This document shows, one piece after another, positions 26,923 to 38,972 of a DNA stretch of 64,000 bases. Position numbers and translations under genes: made by a program. Each line of letters opens with the position of its first letter. Position 1 is the first letter of the stretch. The notes under the pieces were generated by a model, which was not told the origin of the DNA, made no database searches, and saw only the letters and a list, made by a program, of their open reading frames with translations. Source of the DNA: an uncultured Bacteroidota bacterium (GTDB lineage Bacteria; Bacteroidota; Bacteroidia; AKYH767-A; JABDAW01); the NCBI GenBank assembly GCA_903844645.1, contig CAIMUP010000006.1, forward strand, positions 2,055 to 66,054, written 5' to 3'.

Positions 26923-28143
26923 ATGGGATGTGGAACGTGTTCAACTGGCGGAGGAGTTTCCTCGGGTTGTAAAAATAATGGAACTTGCGGCACCAGCGGC
27001 TGCAACAAATTGAATGTGCATAACTGGCTTAGCGATATTAAACTGCCCCAAGGATATCCTACTTTCGACATTGTCGAGGTACGGTTTAAGGGCAGTCGCA
27101 AAGAGTTTTATAAGAACTCCAACAAGCTCGACTTTAAGGTCGGCGATGTCGTCGCGGTAGATACCAATCCCGGGCACGATATTGGGATTATCTCGATGGT
27201 AGGCGAGTTGGTACGGTTTCAATTACGCAAAAAAGGCGTTGCCGAAACCTCTCCCGACATTGGGAATATCTTACGCATGGCGCATGAAACGGATCTTAAG
27301 AAATGGAACGAGATGAAATCTTTGGAATTCGATACGATGCACAAGACCCGCACCATTGCCTTGGAATTAAGGCTCGAGATGAAGGTCAGCGATGTCGAAT
27401 TTCAGGGCGACGGCAGGAAAGCAGTATTTTATTACACTGCCGATGGGCGGGTTGACTTCCGTGAATTAATCAAACGATTAGCGGTCGCATTTAAGGTCAA
27501 GATCGAGATGAAACAAATCGGGATGCGCCAAGAAGCGAGCCGGTTAGGAGGCATCGGATCCTGCGGTCGGGAATTGTGTTGCTCCACGTGGCTCACCGAT
27601 TTCAAATCCGTTTCGACCAGTGCCGGCAGGTATCAAAACCTGGCGTTGAACCCCGTAAAACTTGCCGGGCAGTGCGGCAAATTAAAATGTTGCCTCAACT
27701 ATGAATTGGATAGTTATCTGGATGCTTTAAAAGATTTCCCGGATACCAATATCTCTTTACAAACCGAGAAGGGATGGGCGAATCATATCAAAACAGACAT
27801 CTTCAAAAGAACCATTTGGTATGCGTATTCTCGCAATAAAAACAGGAAGGATGACGAAGATTCCATTCAGGTTGATGAAGCATGGCAACCCTTGAGCGTG
27901 GAGCGGGTGAAGGAGATATTGGAGATGAATAAAAAAGGTGTCAAGCCGCCTGATTTGAAGGACTATACCCGCATAGAGGATGAACCCGTTAAGCAAGTGG
28001 ACTATGCCGATGCCGCAGCACAGGACAGCATCACGAGGCTCGACCATTTGAAGCGGAGCAAGAAAAAGAAAAAGAGAAGCAACAACAATAATAAACCGAA
28101 GCCAAACCCGAATGCAAAGCCGAACGCGGTAGCTAAAAGTTAG
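26923..28143 (+). CDS. PSP1 C-terminal domain protein (RicT/YaaT-like) with a Cys-rich N-terminus and a Lys-rich tail
   Basis: The conserved PSP1 block 'CGRELCCSTWLTDFKSVSTSAGRYQNLALNPVKLAGQCGKLKCCLNYELD' is present. The N-terminus is 'MGCGTCSTGGGVSSGCKNNGTCGTSGC'. Confidence 0.75.
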   Translation: MGCGTCSTGGGVSSGCKNNGTCGTSGCNKLNVHNWLSDIKLPQGYPTFDIVEVRFKGSRKEFYKNSNKLDFKVGDVVAVDTNPGHDIGIISMVGELVRFQLRKKGVAETSPDIGNILRMAHETDLKKWNEMKSLEFDTMHKTRTIALELRLEMKVSDVEFQGDGRKAVFYYTADGRVDFRELIKRLAVAFKVKIEMKQIGMRQEASRLGGIGSCGRELCCSTWLTDFKSVSTSAGRYQNLALNPVKLAGQCGKLKCCLNYELDSYLDALKDFPDTNISLQTEKGWANHIKTDIFKRTIWYAYSRNKNRKDDEDSIQVDEAWQPLSVERVKEILEMNKKGVKPPDLKDYTRIEDEPVKQVDYADAAAQDSITRLDHLKRSKKKKKRSNNNNKPKPNPNAKPNAVAKS

Positions 28144-28152
28144 TGCGGTGCG

Positions 28153-28623
28153 ATGAAGAGATTAAGTGGTATCGGCGTCGCGGTTTTCATAATATTATTT
28201 CTGACTTCGTGCGATAAAAACAGGGTCTTCGAAGAATATAAAACCATCCCCGAAAGCCTTTGGTATATCAACAACAAGGTGTCGTTTCAGGTGGCTATTA
28301 CTGACACGGTTTCTGCTAATAATTTGTACATCAATATCCGCAATTCAGGGTCGTACGGGTACAGTAATTTGTTCGTTTTCCTAACGACCTACCTCCCCGA
28401 TAATTCTGTTTCAAAAGATACTTTGGAATGCCCCCTTGCCGATGCTTCTGGCAAATGGCTCGGCAGCGGATTGGGCGATATTTGGGATAATAAAATCCTG
28501 TTTAAACGCAATTTCCGGTTTCCGCATTCGGGCACTTATCGGTTCGAGATGGTTCAAGGAATGCGGCTGAATCCGTTGCCGATGATTGCCGATGTGGGTC
28601 TGCGAATCGAAAAGGCGAAGTAA
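28153..28623 (+). CDS. gldH: gliding-motility lipoprotein GldH
   Basis: The lipoprotein signal is 'MKRLSGIGVAVFIILFLTSC'. The protein is 156 aa and lies immediately downstream of a PSP1 gene, the conserved Bacteroidota gldH context. Internal 'NLFVFLTTYLP' and 'GTYRFEMVQGMR' motifs resemble GldH. Confidence 0.55.
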   Translation: MKRLSGIGVAVFIILFLTSCDKNRVFEEYKTIPESLWYINNKVSFQVAITDTVSANNLYINIRNSGSYGYSNLFVFLTTYLPDNSVSKDTLECPLADASGKWLGSGLGDIWDNKILFKRNFRFPHSGTYRFEMVQGMRLNPLPMIADVGLRIEKAK

Positions 28624-28631
28624 GTCAGGAT

Positions 28632-28725
28632 CTCTTATTAAATACCCCGAAACGCAGTTTTTATTCCCCGAAACAATGGCTTTTCAACGGTAAGAGAAGG
28701 GTTTTGGCATATTTAATGGCTTTTA
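28632..28725. repeat. dispersed ~95-bp intergenic element, copy A of a family also found at 47920-48012
   Basis: 'ctcttattaaatacCCCGAAACgcagtttttattccCCGAAACaatggcttttcaacggtaagagaagggttttgg' has ~75% identity to copy B. It contains the duplicated motif 'ccc(c/t)gaaac'. Confidence 0.7.
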
Positions 28726-28924
28726 AAAAGTCATTATTAATTGAAATTGGCAGCAACCAACTACCGGTTGGCAGCGCAGGAACTTCTAATTTTTGGTTTC
28801 GAGGAATCGGTACTAGGGGTGGAATTTTTTTATTGTCAGGATATTTTTTACTTTTGCCCCCGTAGATAAATCGGGGATGCCGAAAACCGAATAGAGTAAG
28901 CGCAAAAAATTAAAGAATAATACA

Positions 28925-31900
28925 ATGAATAAAATGAAACAAGCAACCATGAACCTAAGAACAGTCGGGAAAAGCGTTCTTCAGATGTTACTTATTATCG
29001 GCTTCACGCTGGGGATTAATACCATGGCGAATGCGATGAAATTAAGCAGCAGCATTGCCGCGACCATGTCCGCAATGAGAACACCCTGCCCTCCGCCAGA
29101 TCAGCCGGATGTGATCACCGGGAATGTTGTAATCTGTCCTCCCGGATCGCCGCAAACGTACTCTATTCCAGTCGTTACCGGAGCGACGGATTATACCTGG
29201 ACCTTGCCTTCGGGATGGACCGGAACTTCCACAATAACGACCATTGATGCTACCGCAGGAACGGTTGGCGGAACCATTACCGTTACCGCGAATAACGCTT
29301 GCGGAAGCAGTATTCCGCGAACCTTGGATGTGGTAGTGAATACGGAATTATTTCCGGTAATCACCGCGATGGGTCCTACTTCTTTTTGCTTTGGTGGTTC
29401 CGTCATCTTGGATGCAGGGGCAGGCTACGCTTCCTATACCTGGAATACAGCTGGGACGGATGAAACCATCACGGCAACTGCCAGCGGCACCAGCTCTGTT
29501 ACCGTTACCGATAATTATGGATGCCTTGGCGTGGCTACGCAAGATATTTTTGCGAATGCATTGCCGACACCGCATATACTTACCTTCGCCGATTCGACAT
29601 TTTGTTTAGGCGATTCTGTTCAATTGGAATCAGGGAATTTTAATTTGAATGCACTCGTTCCTTATACCAATTGGAGTTGGAGTTCGGGAGAAATCACAGA
29701 GGTTGTTACCGAGCATGCACAAGGAATTTATACCGTTACCGTTACCGATATGAATGGCTGCACGGGAAGCAAATCGGTACATGTTACGGTAAATCCACAT
29801 CCTACTCCGACGATTACCTCGGCAAGTCCTTTTACCTCTTGTTTAGGCGGTTCCATTGTTTTGGATGCAGGAGTTTTTCCGCAATATCATTGGAGCACTT
29901 CTAACATCGGAGAAACCATTACTGTATCAGCTACAAATACCTATTCGGTAACCGTAACGAATAGTAATGGATGTACCGGAACGGCTTCGGTGAATGTGAA
30001 TTTATTAGCAGGACCAGCACCTACGATTACTGGGATTTTATCTTTCTGCTCCAATACCCCAGGCACCACGTTGGATGCAGGAACTTATACTTTATACTCC
30101 TGGAGTAATGGCGGAACAGACGAGACAACAACGGCTACCACTGCGGGAACATATACCGTTACTGTAACAGATAATGTGGGCTGTACAGGAACGAATTCCG
30201 TAACCGTAACGATGAATACATCGCCTACACCAAGTATCACCCCAAGTGGTGCTACCAGTTTCTGTGCTGGAGGATCAGTATCCTTAGATGCGGGGATTTT
30301 TGCCTCCTATCTTTGGAGCAGTACCGCCACAGGAGAAGCAATAACAGCTACCGCAAATGGAACTTACATTGTTACCGTTACCGATATGAATGGATGTACC
30401 GGTTCGGCATCTCAAATGGTTATTGTCAGTCCAGCTATTAATGCTGTTATCACTGCAAGTGGGGCTACCACTTTTTGTGCGGGAGGCTCTGTAACATTAG
30501 ATGCAGGGACTTATACATCATACTCTTGGAGTAATACTGCCACCGATCAAACAATCATGGTTGCTGCTTCGGGAATTTATTCGGTAACGGTTACTGATAA
30601 TATCGGATGTACAGGAATAGCTTCGCAGATTGTTACCGCAAATACCAATCCTACACCGACCATTACTCCGAGTGGTTCTACCACTTTTTGTAGCAATACC
30701 TCAATTACTTTAGATGCCGGAGTTTACTCTTCTTATTTATGGAGCAATGCGGCAACAGATGAAATAGTAACTGCCTCGTCCAGTGCAATGTGGACAGTAA
30801 CGGTTACCGATGCGAATGGATGTACCGGAACAACTTCTGTTACCACCACATTCAATGCAGCACCATCACCAGTAATTACTCCAAGCGGACCGACCACATT
30901 TTGTAGTGGAGGATCAGTAACATTGGATGCTGGAGTTTATTTATCTTATATCTGGAGTAATACCGAAACTAATGAAATGACAACAGTAAATACAAGTAGT
31001 AATTTTATGGTTACTGTTACCGCCGCCAACGGATGTACCGGAGCGACTTCGCAAATGGTTACAGCTAACCAAAATCTCAATGTAAATATATCCGCAAGCG
31101 GTCCAACTTCATTTTGTGCCGGGGGGACGGTTATCTTAAGTCCTGGATTTTATTTGAGTTATCTTTGGAGTGATGCAAGTACCGATGCAACATTAATGGT
31201 TAATACCGCAGGGACTTATTCTGTAACTGTTACCGATGGGAATGGATGTACAGGTGTAGCTTCACAAGGAGTCATTATTAATTCAAATCCAACACCAACA
31301 ATTACCCCAAGCGGTTCAACAACATTCTGTAGTAATAACTCTATAATGTTAGATGCAGGGGTTTATGCTTCGTTCATCTGGAATACTTCCGAAACTAATG
31401 AAACAATTACCGCATCAACAGCTAATACATTCAGTGTTACCATTACTGATAATAATGGATGTACCGGAATAGCTTCTATCATAACAACGGTGAATATTGC
31501 CCCTTCTATTTCAATCGCAGCGAGTGGTTCAACAACCTTCTGTAATGGAGGTTCGGTAACTTTAGATGCAGGATCAGGTTTTACTATTTATACTTGGAAC
31601 AATACAGGGACTGATCAAACAACAATTGTAATGACTGGAGGAAATTATATTATAACTGTTACAGATGCAAACGGATGTACCGGAGCAGCAAGCCTCATGG
31701 TTACTGTTAATGCAAGTCCTACCCCTTTGATTACACCGAGTATTTCTGCCAATATCTGTGCAGGCACTTCTGAAACATTGGATGCTGGGGTTTATGCAAC
31801 ATACCTTTGGAGTACAACTGGAACAGATGAGATGATTTCAGTTAATGCATCAGGGAATAACAGTGTAACTGTTACTGATATGAATGGATGTACAGGATCT

Positions 31901-34900
31901 GCTTCATTGATAATTACGGTAAATACAAACCCAACTCCTTCAATAACTCCAAGTGGATTTACAACATTTTGTGATGGAGGTTCTATAACCTTGGATGCAG
32001 GAGTTTATGTTTCCTACATTTGGAGCAATACAAGCACCAATCAAATGACTACAGTAATGACAAGCAGTAATTACATAGTAACTGTTACAGACATTAATGG
32101 CTGCACTGGAATTGCTTCTCAAATGGTTGCCGTTAATTCTAATCCTATTACTATAATAACCGCTTCTAGTTCCACTACTTTCTGCATTGGGGGCTCTGTA
32201 ACTTTAGATGCCGGTGTATTTGCATCTTACATGTGGAGCAATGCTGGAACAGATGAAACAACAATAGTAACAACGGGTGGCATCTATTCTCTAACAATAA
32301 CTGATATGAATGGTTGCACTGGAATAGCTTCACAAACAGTTACAGTAAATCAATTACCATTACCAACCATTACCTCAAGCAACTCAACTACGTTCTGTGC
32401 CAACGGTTCAATCATATTGGATGCTGGAATGTATTCGACTTATCTGTGGAGTAACACAGAAACGGATGAAACTATTATTGTTAATTTATCGGGTACTTTT
32501 TTAGTAACTGTAGCTGATGGAAATGGTTGTACAGGTATAGCTTCAATAACAACAACAGTTAATGCAAATCCAACTCCTTCCATAACACAAAATGGAGCTA
32601 TTCTTAATACAGGTATTTATTCTTCCTACTTATGGAGTACCGGAGCCACTACAGACTCTATTAATGTCTTGGTAAATGGTACTTATACCGTTACTGTTAC
32701 TGATGCGAACGGATGTACTGGTTTAGCTTCAATGGTAGTTTCGAGTACGGCTTGTGCAGATGTTGGTGCTGGTGCAGCTTATATAACAAATCAGCTTGAC
32801 AATACCGTATCAGTTATTAATATTGCAACAAACACTGTTACAGCTACAATCCCTGTTGGTAATCATCCTGTTGGAGTATCAGTTAGTCCAGATGGAACTA
32901 AGGCATATATTGCGAATGAATTTGGTCCTTCAATAAGTGTAATAAATACTGCTACAAATACTGTTTCGGCTACAATTAGTGTTAGTGGTGCTCCTTATGG
33001 TATAGTAGTAAGCCCAGATGGAAGTAAAGTATATGTTGCAAATGTCAGTGCCAATTCAGTAAATGTAATAAATACGGTTTCAAACATTGTTTCTACTACA
33101 ATTCCAGTTGGTCTTTCTCCTGAAGGAATAGCGGTGAGCCCTGATGGGACAAATGTATATGTTGCGAATCAAAGTGATAATGCAGTAAGCGTAATAACTG
33201 CTGCAACAAATACAGTATCAGTTACAGTACCAGTTGGTGCTGATCCTTTTGGTTTAGTTGTCAGCCCTGATGGAAGTAAGGTATATGTTACTAATGAAAC
33301 CGGAGGTACAGTAAGTGTAATAACCACTGCTACGAATACTGTTTCAGCTACAATTAATGTTGGTATTGCTCCGCAGGGTATATCCATGAGTCCTGATGGG
33401 AGTAAGGCGTACGTTGTGAATGGAAATTCTAATTCAGTAAGTGTAATAAATACAGTTACCAATACTGTTTCAGCTACGATTCCGGTTGGTAGCGACCCTT
33501 GGGGTATATCTGTAAACTCAGATGGAAACATGGTATATGTCGTAAATGATAACTTTACTGGTACGGTAAGTGTAATAGACACTTTAACCAATACTGTTAC
33601 AGCAACAATTACTGTTGGTTCTGGTCCTGCTGGGTTTGGTAATTTCATTTCTGCTTCCACATCCCTTACCCCTGTTATCACTGCTAATGGTAATACAACT
33701 TTCTGTCAAGGTGGTTCTGTTACTTTAGACGCAGGAAGTTATACTTTTTACCTTTGGAGTAATGGTGCAACAACAGAAACAATCACAGCCATTGACAGTT
33801 CCAATTATTCTGTAACTGTTACTAATGTAAATGGTTGTACGGGAGTTGCCTTGCAATTGGTTACTGTTCATGCAAACCCAATTCCATCAATAGCTGCCAA
33901 TGGACCGACAAGTTTCTGTAATGGAGGTTCTGTTACTTTGGATGCAGGAAACTATACATCATACAATTGGGATGATGGGGACTTTACAGAAACAACAATT
34001 ATAATGAATAATGGATTATCATCTGTTACAGTAACAGATGGAAATGGGTGTACTGGAGTTAGTTCTCAAATGGTAACAGTAAATCCTAGTCCCACTCCAA
34101 CTATAAGTCACTCCACTCCAACAACATTCTGTAGTGGAGATTCTGTAGTGTTAGATGCTAATGTTTACCTTTCTTACATATGGAGTACTTACGCTACAAC
34201 AAGAAAGGTTACTGCTACAACAGGTGGCACTTTTTCAGTTACCGTTACTGATGTTGACGGATGCACAGGGGTTACTTCAATAAATGTAATTGTACATAAT
34301 AACCCTAATCCAATAATTACAAATACGGGGAGTCTTACTTTTTGTGACGGTGGATCAGTAATATTAGATGCTGGTATTTCTTATACCTCATACTTATGGA
34401 ACACTGGGGAAACCGATCAAATGGAAACTGAATTCTCTGGAGGTACTTATTTCGTTATTGTTACTAATGGTAATAACTGTACGGGTAGTGCATCAATAGA
34501 TGTTGTAAATAATCCATTACCTAATCCAGTCATAACACCCAATGGTCCGGTGAACTTCTGCGTAGGAGGTTCTGTTACTCTTGATGCAGGTATTTTTAAC
34601 TCTTATATTTGGAGTACTACTGAAACAACCCAATCAATTGCAACAACAAATAGCGGAACATATGATGTTACGGTAACTGATATTAATGGTTGTACAGCCA
34701 CTGCTTCACAGGTAGTAGTAGTTTCATTAAATATTACATTCAGCATTACACCAACTGGTCCGACTACCTTCTGTAGTGGTGGTTCTGTAACTCTTGATGC
34801 AGGTGTTTACAATTCCTATAATTGGAGTACATCTGAAACAACAGAAACAATTTCCGTTTCAACTTCAGGAACATATACTGTAACTATTACTGGCAATAAT

Positions 34901-37900
34901 GGCTGCTCGGGTACATCTTCAATAACAACAGTGGCTAATCCTTTACCAACACCTTTAATTACAGCAAGTGGTCCGATTAGTTTTTGTGCGGGAGGCTCTG
35001 TAACATTAGATGCGGGAATATACACTAACTATATTTGGAGTACTACAGCAACAACCCAGACAATTAATTCTAATAATAATGGGAATTATTCGGTGACAGT
35101 TACTGACGCAAATGGTTGCACCGGAAGTACATCTCAAACTATTTCAGTTTATGCTAATCCTATTCCTTCAATAATCTCAAATAATCCGACCACATTCTGT
35201 ATCGGAAGTTCAACGACCTTGGATGCTGGATCTTTTTCTTCTTATGTATGGAGTTCTTCTGAAACTTCTGAAACAGTAACTGTATCTACTGCTGGAACTT
35301 TCATGGTTACTGTTACCGATTCTCATGGCTGCACAGGATCAGCTTCCCAATCTATAATTGTAAACACATTACCAACTCCAATAATAACGGCGATTGGTCC
35401 GACTAGTTTTTGCAATGGTGGTTCAGTTAATTTGGATGCCGGTACTTTTGTTTTTTATAATTGGAGTTCTGCTGCTACTACTGAAATTATTACTGCCGCT
35501 ACCAATGGAGTCTTTGGTGTTACTGTTACGGACAACAACGGATGCACTGGAATCACATCGCAAGCTGTAACAGTCTATAGTAACCCTAATCCTACAATTA
35601 CACCTAATGGTCCTACGAGTTTCTGTGATGGAGGAATGGTTGATTTGAATGCAGGTTCTTTTGTTTCGTTTGCTTGGAATACCGGTGAAACAGATCAAAT
35701 CGTTACCGAGTATTCTAATGGTACTTATCTGGTAACTGTTACTGATAGTCATGGATGTACGGGAGAAGGTTCAATACTTGTAACTGTTTATTCGCTTCCG
35801 AGTCCGACAATTACTCCAAGTGGACCAACAGTATTTTGTAATGGAGGTTCTGTTACGCTTAATCCAGGAAGCTATGCGAGTTATTTATGGAGTACTGGTG
35901 CTACAACTGCTTCTATTTCTGCTACTATAGCAGGCACTTATTCTGTAACCATTACAGACAATCATGGTTGTACAGGATCTGCTTCACAAACGGTTACCGT
36001 TAATCCATTACCGATAGCATCTATTACTCCAAACGGACCAACTTCATTCTGTCAGGGTGGATCTGTAGTATTGGATGCCGGAAATGCGCTTACCTATCAT
36101 TGGAATACAGCAGCGACAACCGAATCTATCACAGTTACCGTTAATGGTGTATATTATGTAACCATATCGAATGGTTTCAATTGCACTTCCGTTACTTCGC
36201 AAGTGGTTACTGTAACGACCAATCCTATTCCTGTAATATTTGCTAATGGTCCCGTAACATTCTGTGCCGGAGATACGGTAAGTTTAGATGCCGGTGTATG
36301 GTCTTCTTACCTTTGGAGTACAGGAGCAACTACTGAAACGATAACTGAAACGATTTCCGGGACATATACTGTAACCGTTACCAATATCGGGGGGTGTACG
36401 GGTTCTACATCGAGCATTGTTACTGTAAATACAAATCCTACTGCTGCTATTACTCCAAGTAGTACTACTACATTCTGTCAGGGTGGTTCTGTATTCTTAA
36501 ATGTGGGTGCTTATGCTTCATTCATTTGGAATACGGGGGCTACCACGGGAATAATTTTGGCAACAAACAACGGTACTTATTCAGTAACGGTTACTGATGT
36601 GAATGGATGTACTGCTATCGCTTCAATCAATGTTACTGTGAATGCAAACTCTACTCCTGTGATTACGCCAAGCGGTCCTATTTCCTTTTGTGCGGGTGGT
36701 TCGGTGAATCTTGATGCTGGTTCTTATGCTTCTTACCTTTGGAATACGGGGTCAACGATTCAAACGCTTTCAAACATTAATTCGGGCGGCACATATATGG
36801 TTACTGTTACGAATGGAAACGGTTGTACAGGGACAGCATCCATACTTATTACCGTAACGGTGATTCCTACTCCGAACATTATTGTTAATGGTCCGCTGAC
36901 ATTCTGTAGTGGTACCGATTCTGTTCAATTTGATGCCGGAAACTTTGCCTCTTATTCCTGGAGTACGGGTGCTACTACCCGAAGAATTGTTGTATTCACC
37001 AGCGGAACGTACATTGTTACGGTAACGAATGCCGGTGGATGTACAGGATCATCAAATCGGGTGGTAACGGTGAATCCTACCCCGAATCCTACCATCGTTC
37101 CGAACGGATCGGTTACCTTTTGTATCGGAGGTTCCGTCAATCTGGATGCAGGAGTCTATCCTACTTATCATTGGAGCACAGGTGCGACGACAGAAACCAT
37201 TAATAATATCAATACATCCGGTACTTACATGGTAACAGTAACCTCGGCTGCCGGATGTTCTGCCACGGCATCACAAGTAGTTACCGTTAATGCTTTACCG
37301 ACACCGATTATCACGGCGAATGGACCGATCATGTTCTGCATCGGGGGAAGCGTAACGCTTAATGCGGGAGTAGGATATACTAACTACATTTGGAGCACCG
37401 GAGCGACGACCAATACCATTAATGTATCGGCAGCAGGAACGTATCATGTAACGGTTACGAACAACAATGGCTGTACTGGGTTTACATCGCAAACAATTAC
37501 CGTCAATCCGCTTCCTAATCCAACGATTACGGCTAACGGTCCCCTGACATTCTGTAGTGGCGGCAACATCATCTTAGATGCCGGCAATTGGTCCACTTAT
37601 CTTTGGAATACAACGGCTACAACGGAGACCATTACGGCTTCTTCTTCAGGAACATACAGTGTTACCATTACGAATAACAACGGTTGTTCAGCCTCCACGG
37701 CTCAAACGGTTACCGTCAATCCTCTTCCGACCGTTACCGATACTTCTACCCTCTCAAATGTATGTATTCAGTGGGCTATCTTCAATCTTAACGGCGGCAT
37801 TCCGGCAGGCGGAACGTATTCAGGAATAGGAGTGGTTTTAAATCAGTTCAATCCGAACCTTGCGGGGCTTGGAACGAGAACGATTACCTATATTTATACC

Positions 37901-38227
37901 GATGGAAACGGTTGTACGAACTCGGCGACGCACAATCTGATCGTGAATCCTTGTACCGACGTGCCAACGATTACCGATGCCGATTTCGTAACGCTATTCC
38001 CGAATCCTAACGACGGTAATTTCACCGTTAAGTATTCTGTTTCGACTGCCGTTACGGCAATCCGAGTAGTGGATATTACCGGAAGGATCGTCCTTATCCA
38101 CACCTTATCCGGCATTGAGGGAAGCCAGGAAATCAATGCCTCCGACCTTGCGAAAGGAGTGTATTATTACGAAGTGATGACCACCGATGCCATCCTTGCG
38201 AAAGGCAAAATGGTGATCGTAAAATAA
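28925..38227 (+). CDS. giant 3100-aa T9SS-secreted adhesin-like protein. It has ~35 tandem ~80-aa Ig-like (HYR/SprB-like) repeats, an embedded YVTN-type beta-propeller, a distinct penultimate domain and a T9SS type-A sorting domain.
   Basis: A signal peptide is present. Repeats follow the pattern '[24 protein letters not shown]...ITA...GTY.VTVTD.NGCTG..S'. The propeller region at 32750-33650 carries '...[25 protein letters not shown]...SPDGSKVYV' about 8 times. The C-terminus is '[15 protein letters not shown]...[11 protein letters not shown]...KMVIVK'. Confidence 0.85.
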   Translation: MNKMKQATMNLRTVGKSVLQMLLIIGFTLGINTMANAMKLSSSIAATMSAMRTPCPPPDQPDVITGNVVICPPGSPQTYSIPVVTGATDYTWTLPSGWTGTSTITTIDATAGTVGGTITVTANNACGSSIPRTLDVVVNTELFPVITAMGPTSFCFGGSVILDAGAGYASYTWNTAGTDETITATASGTSSVTVTDNYGCLGVATQDIFANALPTPHILTFADSTFCLGDSVQLESGNFNLNALVPYTNWSWSSGEITEVVTEHAQGIYTVTVTDMNGCTGSKSVHVTVNPHPTPTITSASPFTSCLGGSIVLDAGVFPQYHWSTSNIGETITVSATNTYSVTVTNSNGCTGTASVNVNLLAGPAPTITGILSFCSNTPGTTLDAGTYTLYSWSNGGTDETTTATTAGTYTVTVTDNVGCTGTNSVTVTMNTSPTPSITPSGATSFCAGGSVSLDAGIFASYLWSSTATGEAITATANGTYIVTVTDMNGCTGSASQMVIVSPAINAVITASGATTFCAGGSVTLDAGTYTSYSWSNTATDQTIMVAASGIYSVTVTDNIGCTGIASQIVTANTNPTPTITPSGSTTFCSNTSITLDAGVYSSYLWSNAATDEIVTASSSAMWTVTVTDANGCTGTTSVTTTFNAAPSPVITPSGPTTFCSGGSVTLDAGVYLSYIWSNTETNEMTTVNTSSNFMVTVTAANGCTGATSQMVTANQNLNVNISASGPTSFCAGGTVILSPGFYLSYLWSDASTDATLMVNTAGTYSVTVTDGNGCTGVASQGVIINSNPTPTITPSGSTTFCSNNSIMLDAGVYASFIWNTSETNETITASTANTFSVTITDNNGCTGIASIITTVNIAPSISIAASGSTTFCNGGSVTLDAGSGFTIYTWNNTGTDQTTIVMTGGNYIITVTDANGCTGAASLMVTVNASPTPLITPSISANICAGTSETLDAGVYATYLWSTTGTDEMISVNASGNNSVTVTDMNGCTGSASLIITVNTNPTPSITPSGFTTFCDGGSITLDAGVYVSYIWSNTSTNQMTTVMTSSNYIVTVTDINGCTGIASQMVAVNSNPITIITASSSTTFCIGGSVTLDAGVFASYMWSNAGTDETTIVTTGGIYSLTITDMNGCTGIASQTVTVNQLPLPTITSSNSTTFCANGSIILDAGMYSTYLWSNTETDETIIVNLSGTFLVTVADGNGCTGIASITTTVNANPTPSITQNGAILNTGIYSSYLWSTGATTDSINVLVNGTYTVTVTDANGCTGLASMVVSSTACADVGAGAAYITNQLDNTVSVINIATNTVTATIPVGNHPVGVSVSPDGTKAYIANEFGPSISVINTATNTVSATISVSGAPYGIVVSPDGSKVYVANVSANSVNVINTVSNIVSTTIPVGLSPEGIAVSPDGTNVYVANQSDNAVSVITAATNTVSVTVPVGADPFGLVVSPDGSKVYVTNETGGTVSVITTATNTVSATINVGIAPQGISMSPDGSKAYVVNGNSNSVSVINTVTNTVSATIPVGSDPWGISVNSDGNMVYVVNDNFTGTVSVIDTLTNTVTATITVGSGPAGFGNFISASTSLTPVITANGNTTFCQGGSVTLDAGSYTFYLWSNGATTETITAIDSSNYSVTVTNVNGCTGVALQLVTVHANPIPSIAANGPTSFCNGGSVTLDAGNYTSYNWDDGDFTETTIIMNNGLSSVTVTDGNGCTGVSSQMVTVNPSPTPTISHSTPTTFCSGDSVVLDANVYLSYIWSTYATTRKVTATTGGTFSVTVTDVDGCTGVTSINVIVHNNPNPIITNTGSLTFCDGGSVILDAGISYTSYLWNTGETDQMETEFSGGTYFVIVTNGNNCTGSASIDVVNNPLPNPVITPNGPVNFCVGGSVTLDAGIFNSYIWSTTETTQSIATTNSGTYDVTVTDINGCTATASQVVVVSLNITFSITPTGPTTFCSGGSVTLDAGVYNSYNWSTSETTETISVSTSGTYTVTITGNNGCSGTSSITTVANPLPTPLITASGPISFCAGGSVTLDAGIYTNYIWSTTATTQTINSNNNGNYSVTVTDANGCTGSTSQTISVYANPIPSIISNNPTTFCIGSSTTLDAGSFSSYVWSSSETSETVTVSTAGTFMVTVTDSHGCTGSASQSIIVNTLPTPIITAIGPTSFCNGGSVNLDAGTFVFYNWSSAATTEIITAATNGVFGVTVTDNNGCTGITSQAVTVYSNPNPTITPNGPTSFCDGGMVDLNAGSFVSFAWNTGETDQIVTEYSNGTYLVTVTDSHGCTGEGSILVTVYSLPSPTITPSGPTVFCNGGSVTLNPGSYASYLWSTGATTASISATIAGTYSVTITDNHGCTGSASQTVTVNPLPIASITPNGPTSFCQGGSVVLDAGNALTYHWNTAATTESITVTVNGVYYVTISNGFNCTSVTSQVVTVTTNPIPVIFANGPVTFCAGDTVSLDAGVWSSYLWSTGATTETITETISGTYTVTVTNIGGCTGSTSSIVTVNTNPTAAITPSSTTTFCQGGSVFLNVGAYASFIWNTGATTGIILATNNGTYSVTVTDVNGCTAIASINVTVNANSTPVITPSGPISFCAGGSVNLDAGSYASYLWNTGSTIQTLSNINSGGTYMVTVTNGNGCTGTASILITVTVIPTPNIIVNGPLTFCSGTDSVQFDAGNFASYSWSTGATTRRIVVFTSGTYIVTVTNAGGCTGSSNRVVTVNPTPNPTIVPNGSVTFCIGGSVNLDAGVYPTYHWSTGATTETINNINTSGTYMVTVTSAAGCSATASQVVTVNALPTPIITANGPIMFCIGGSVTLNAGVGYTNYIWSTGATTNTINVSAAGTYHVTVTNNNGCTGFTSQTITVNPLPNPTITANGPLTFCSGGNIILDAGNWSTYLWNTTATTETITASSSGTYSVTITNNNGCSASTAQTVTVNPLPTVTDTSTLSNVCIQWAIFNLNGGIPAGGTYSGIGVVLNQFNPNLAGLGTRTITYIYTDGNGCTNSATHNLIVNPCTDVPTITDADFVTLFPNPNDGNFTVKYSVSTAVTAIRVVDITGRIVLIHTLSGIEGSQEINASDLAKGVYYYEVMTTDAILAKGKMVIVK

Positions 38228-38255
38228 CGTTCCTCCCGAATAATTTCTCATTCCA

Positions 38256-38288
38256 AGAGCCGCTACCATCGTAGCGGCTCTTTTTTTG
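38256..38288 (+). terminator. rho-independent terminator of the giant adhesin gene
   Basis: 'agagccgcta ccatcg tagcggctct ttttttt' gives a 10-bp perfect stem, a 6-nt loop and a T7 run. Confidence 0.75.
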
Positions 38289-38319
38289 TTGGTTCTTTTT
38301 TACCTTCCCGTTTTTCTTT

Positions 38320-38900
38320 GGAGATGATGGGTGAAATCAGGTTTGATACCCGATATTTTCCTGAAATCATTCGTTTTTTTCCTGAAATCACTCCTATTTT
38401 CGGGAATTTGAGGCGTGATTTTGGGAATTTGATGCATCATTCCAAAACCGTTACTCGTCTATTACACGCATTATCAAGTCATTTTCACGAAACAGGTCGT
38501 CATAAAAAGTAAACACATCGTCTTTTCGATGAAACTTATCGTAGTTTCGATGAAACTGGGTGCAGTTTCAATGCAACTGGGTGCAGTTACGATTAAACTG
38601 GGTGCAGTTTCAATCAAACTGGGTGCAGTTTCATTGCAACTGGGTGCAGTTGCATTGAAACTGCACCCAGTTTCATCGAAACTACGATAAGTTTCATCGA
38701 AAAGACGACAAGATGCATTTAAAAGACGATAAGATGCATCGGAATGACGAATAAAAAACTTGGAATGACGAATCATTTAAGAGGAATGACGAGTCTTTTT
38801 CTTGGAATGATTCGTAGTTTTCTTGGAATGATGTGTCTTTTCTTTGGAATGATTCGTATTTGATTTGGAATGACGAATAGATGGATCAGAATGACTTATA
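38320..38900. repeat. compound region of at least three different 21-bp tandem arrays, with an orientation flip through a perfect palindrome
   Basis: The unit families are 'cctgaaatcattcgttttttt', 'tcgatgaaactgggtgcagtt' and 'cttggaatgacgaatcattta'. The perfect inverted repeat 'aactgggtgcagtt/gcattgaa/aactgcacccagtt' lies at 38638-38673. ORFs 38318..38512 and 38474..38776 are artefacts of these arrays. Confidence 0.9.
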
Positions 38901-38972
38901 AAAATCTTTTTTTTATGAATCTTATTCCACGAAAGATGCAACAAAAGAGGCGGATGACTCCTCGTTTTCTTT

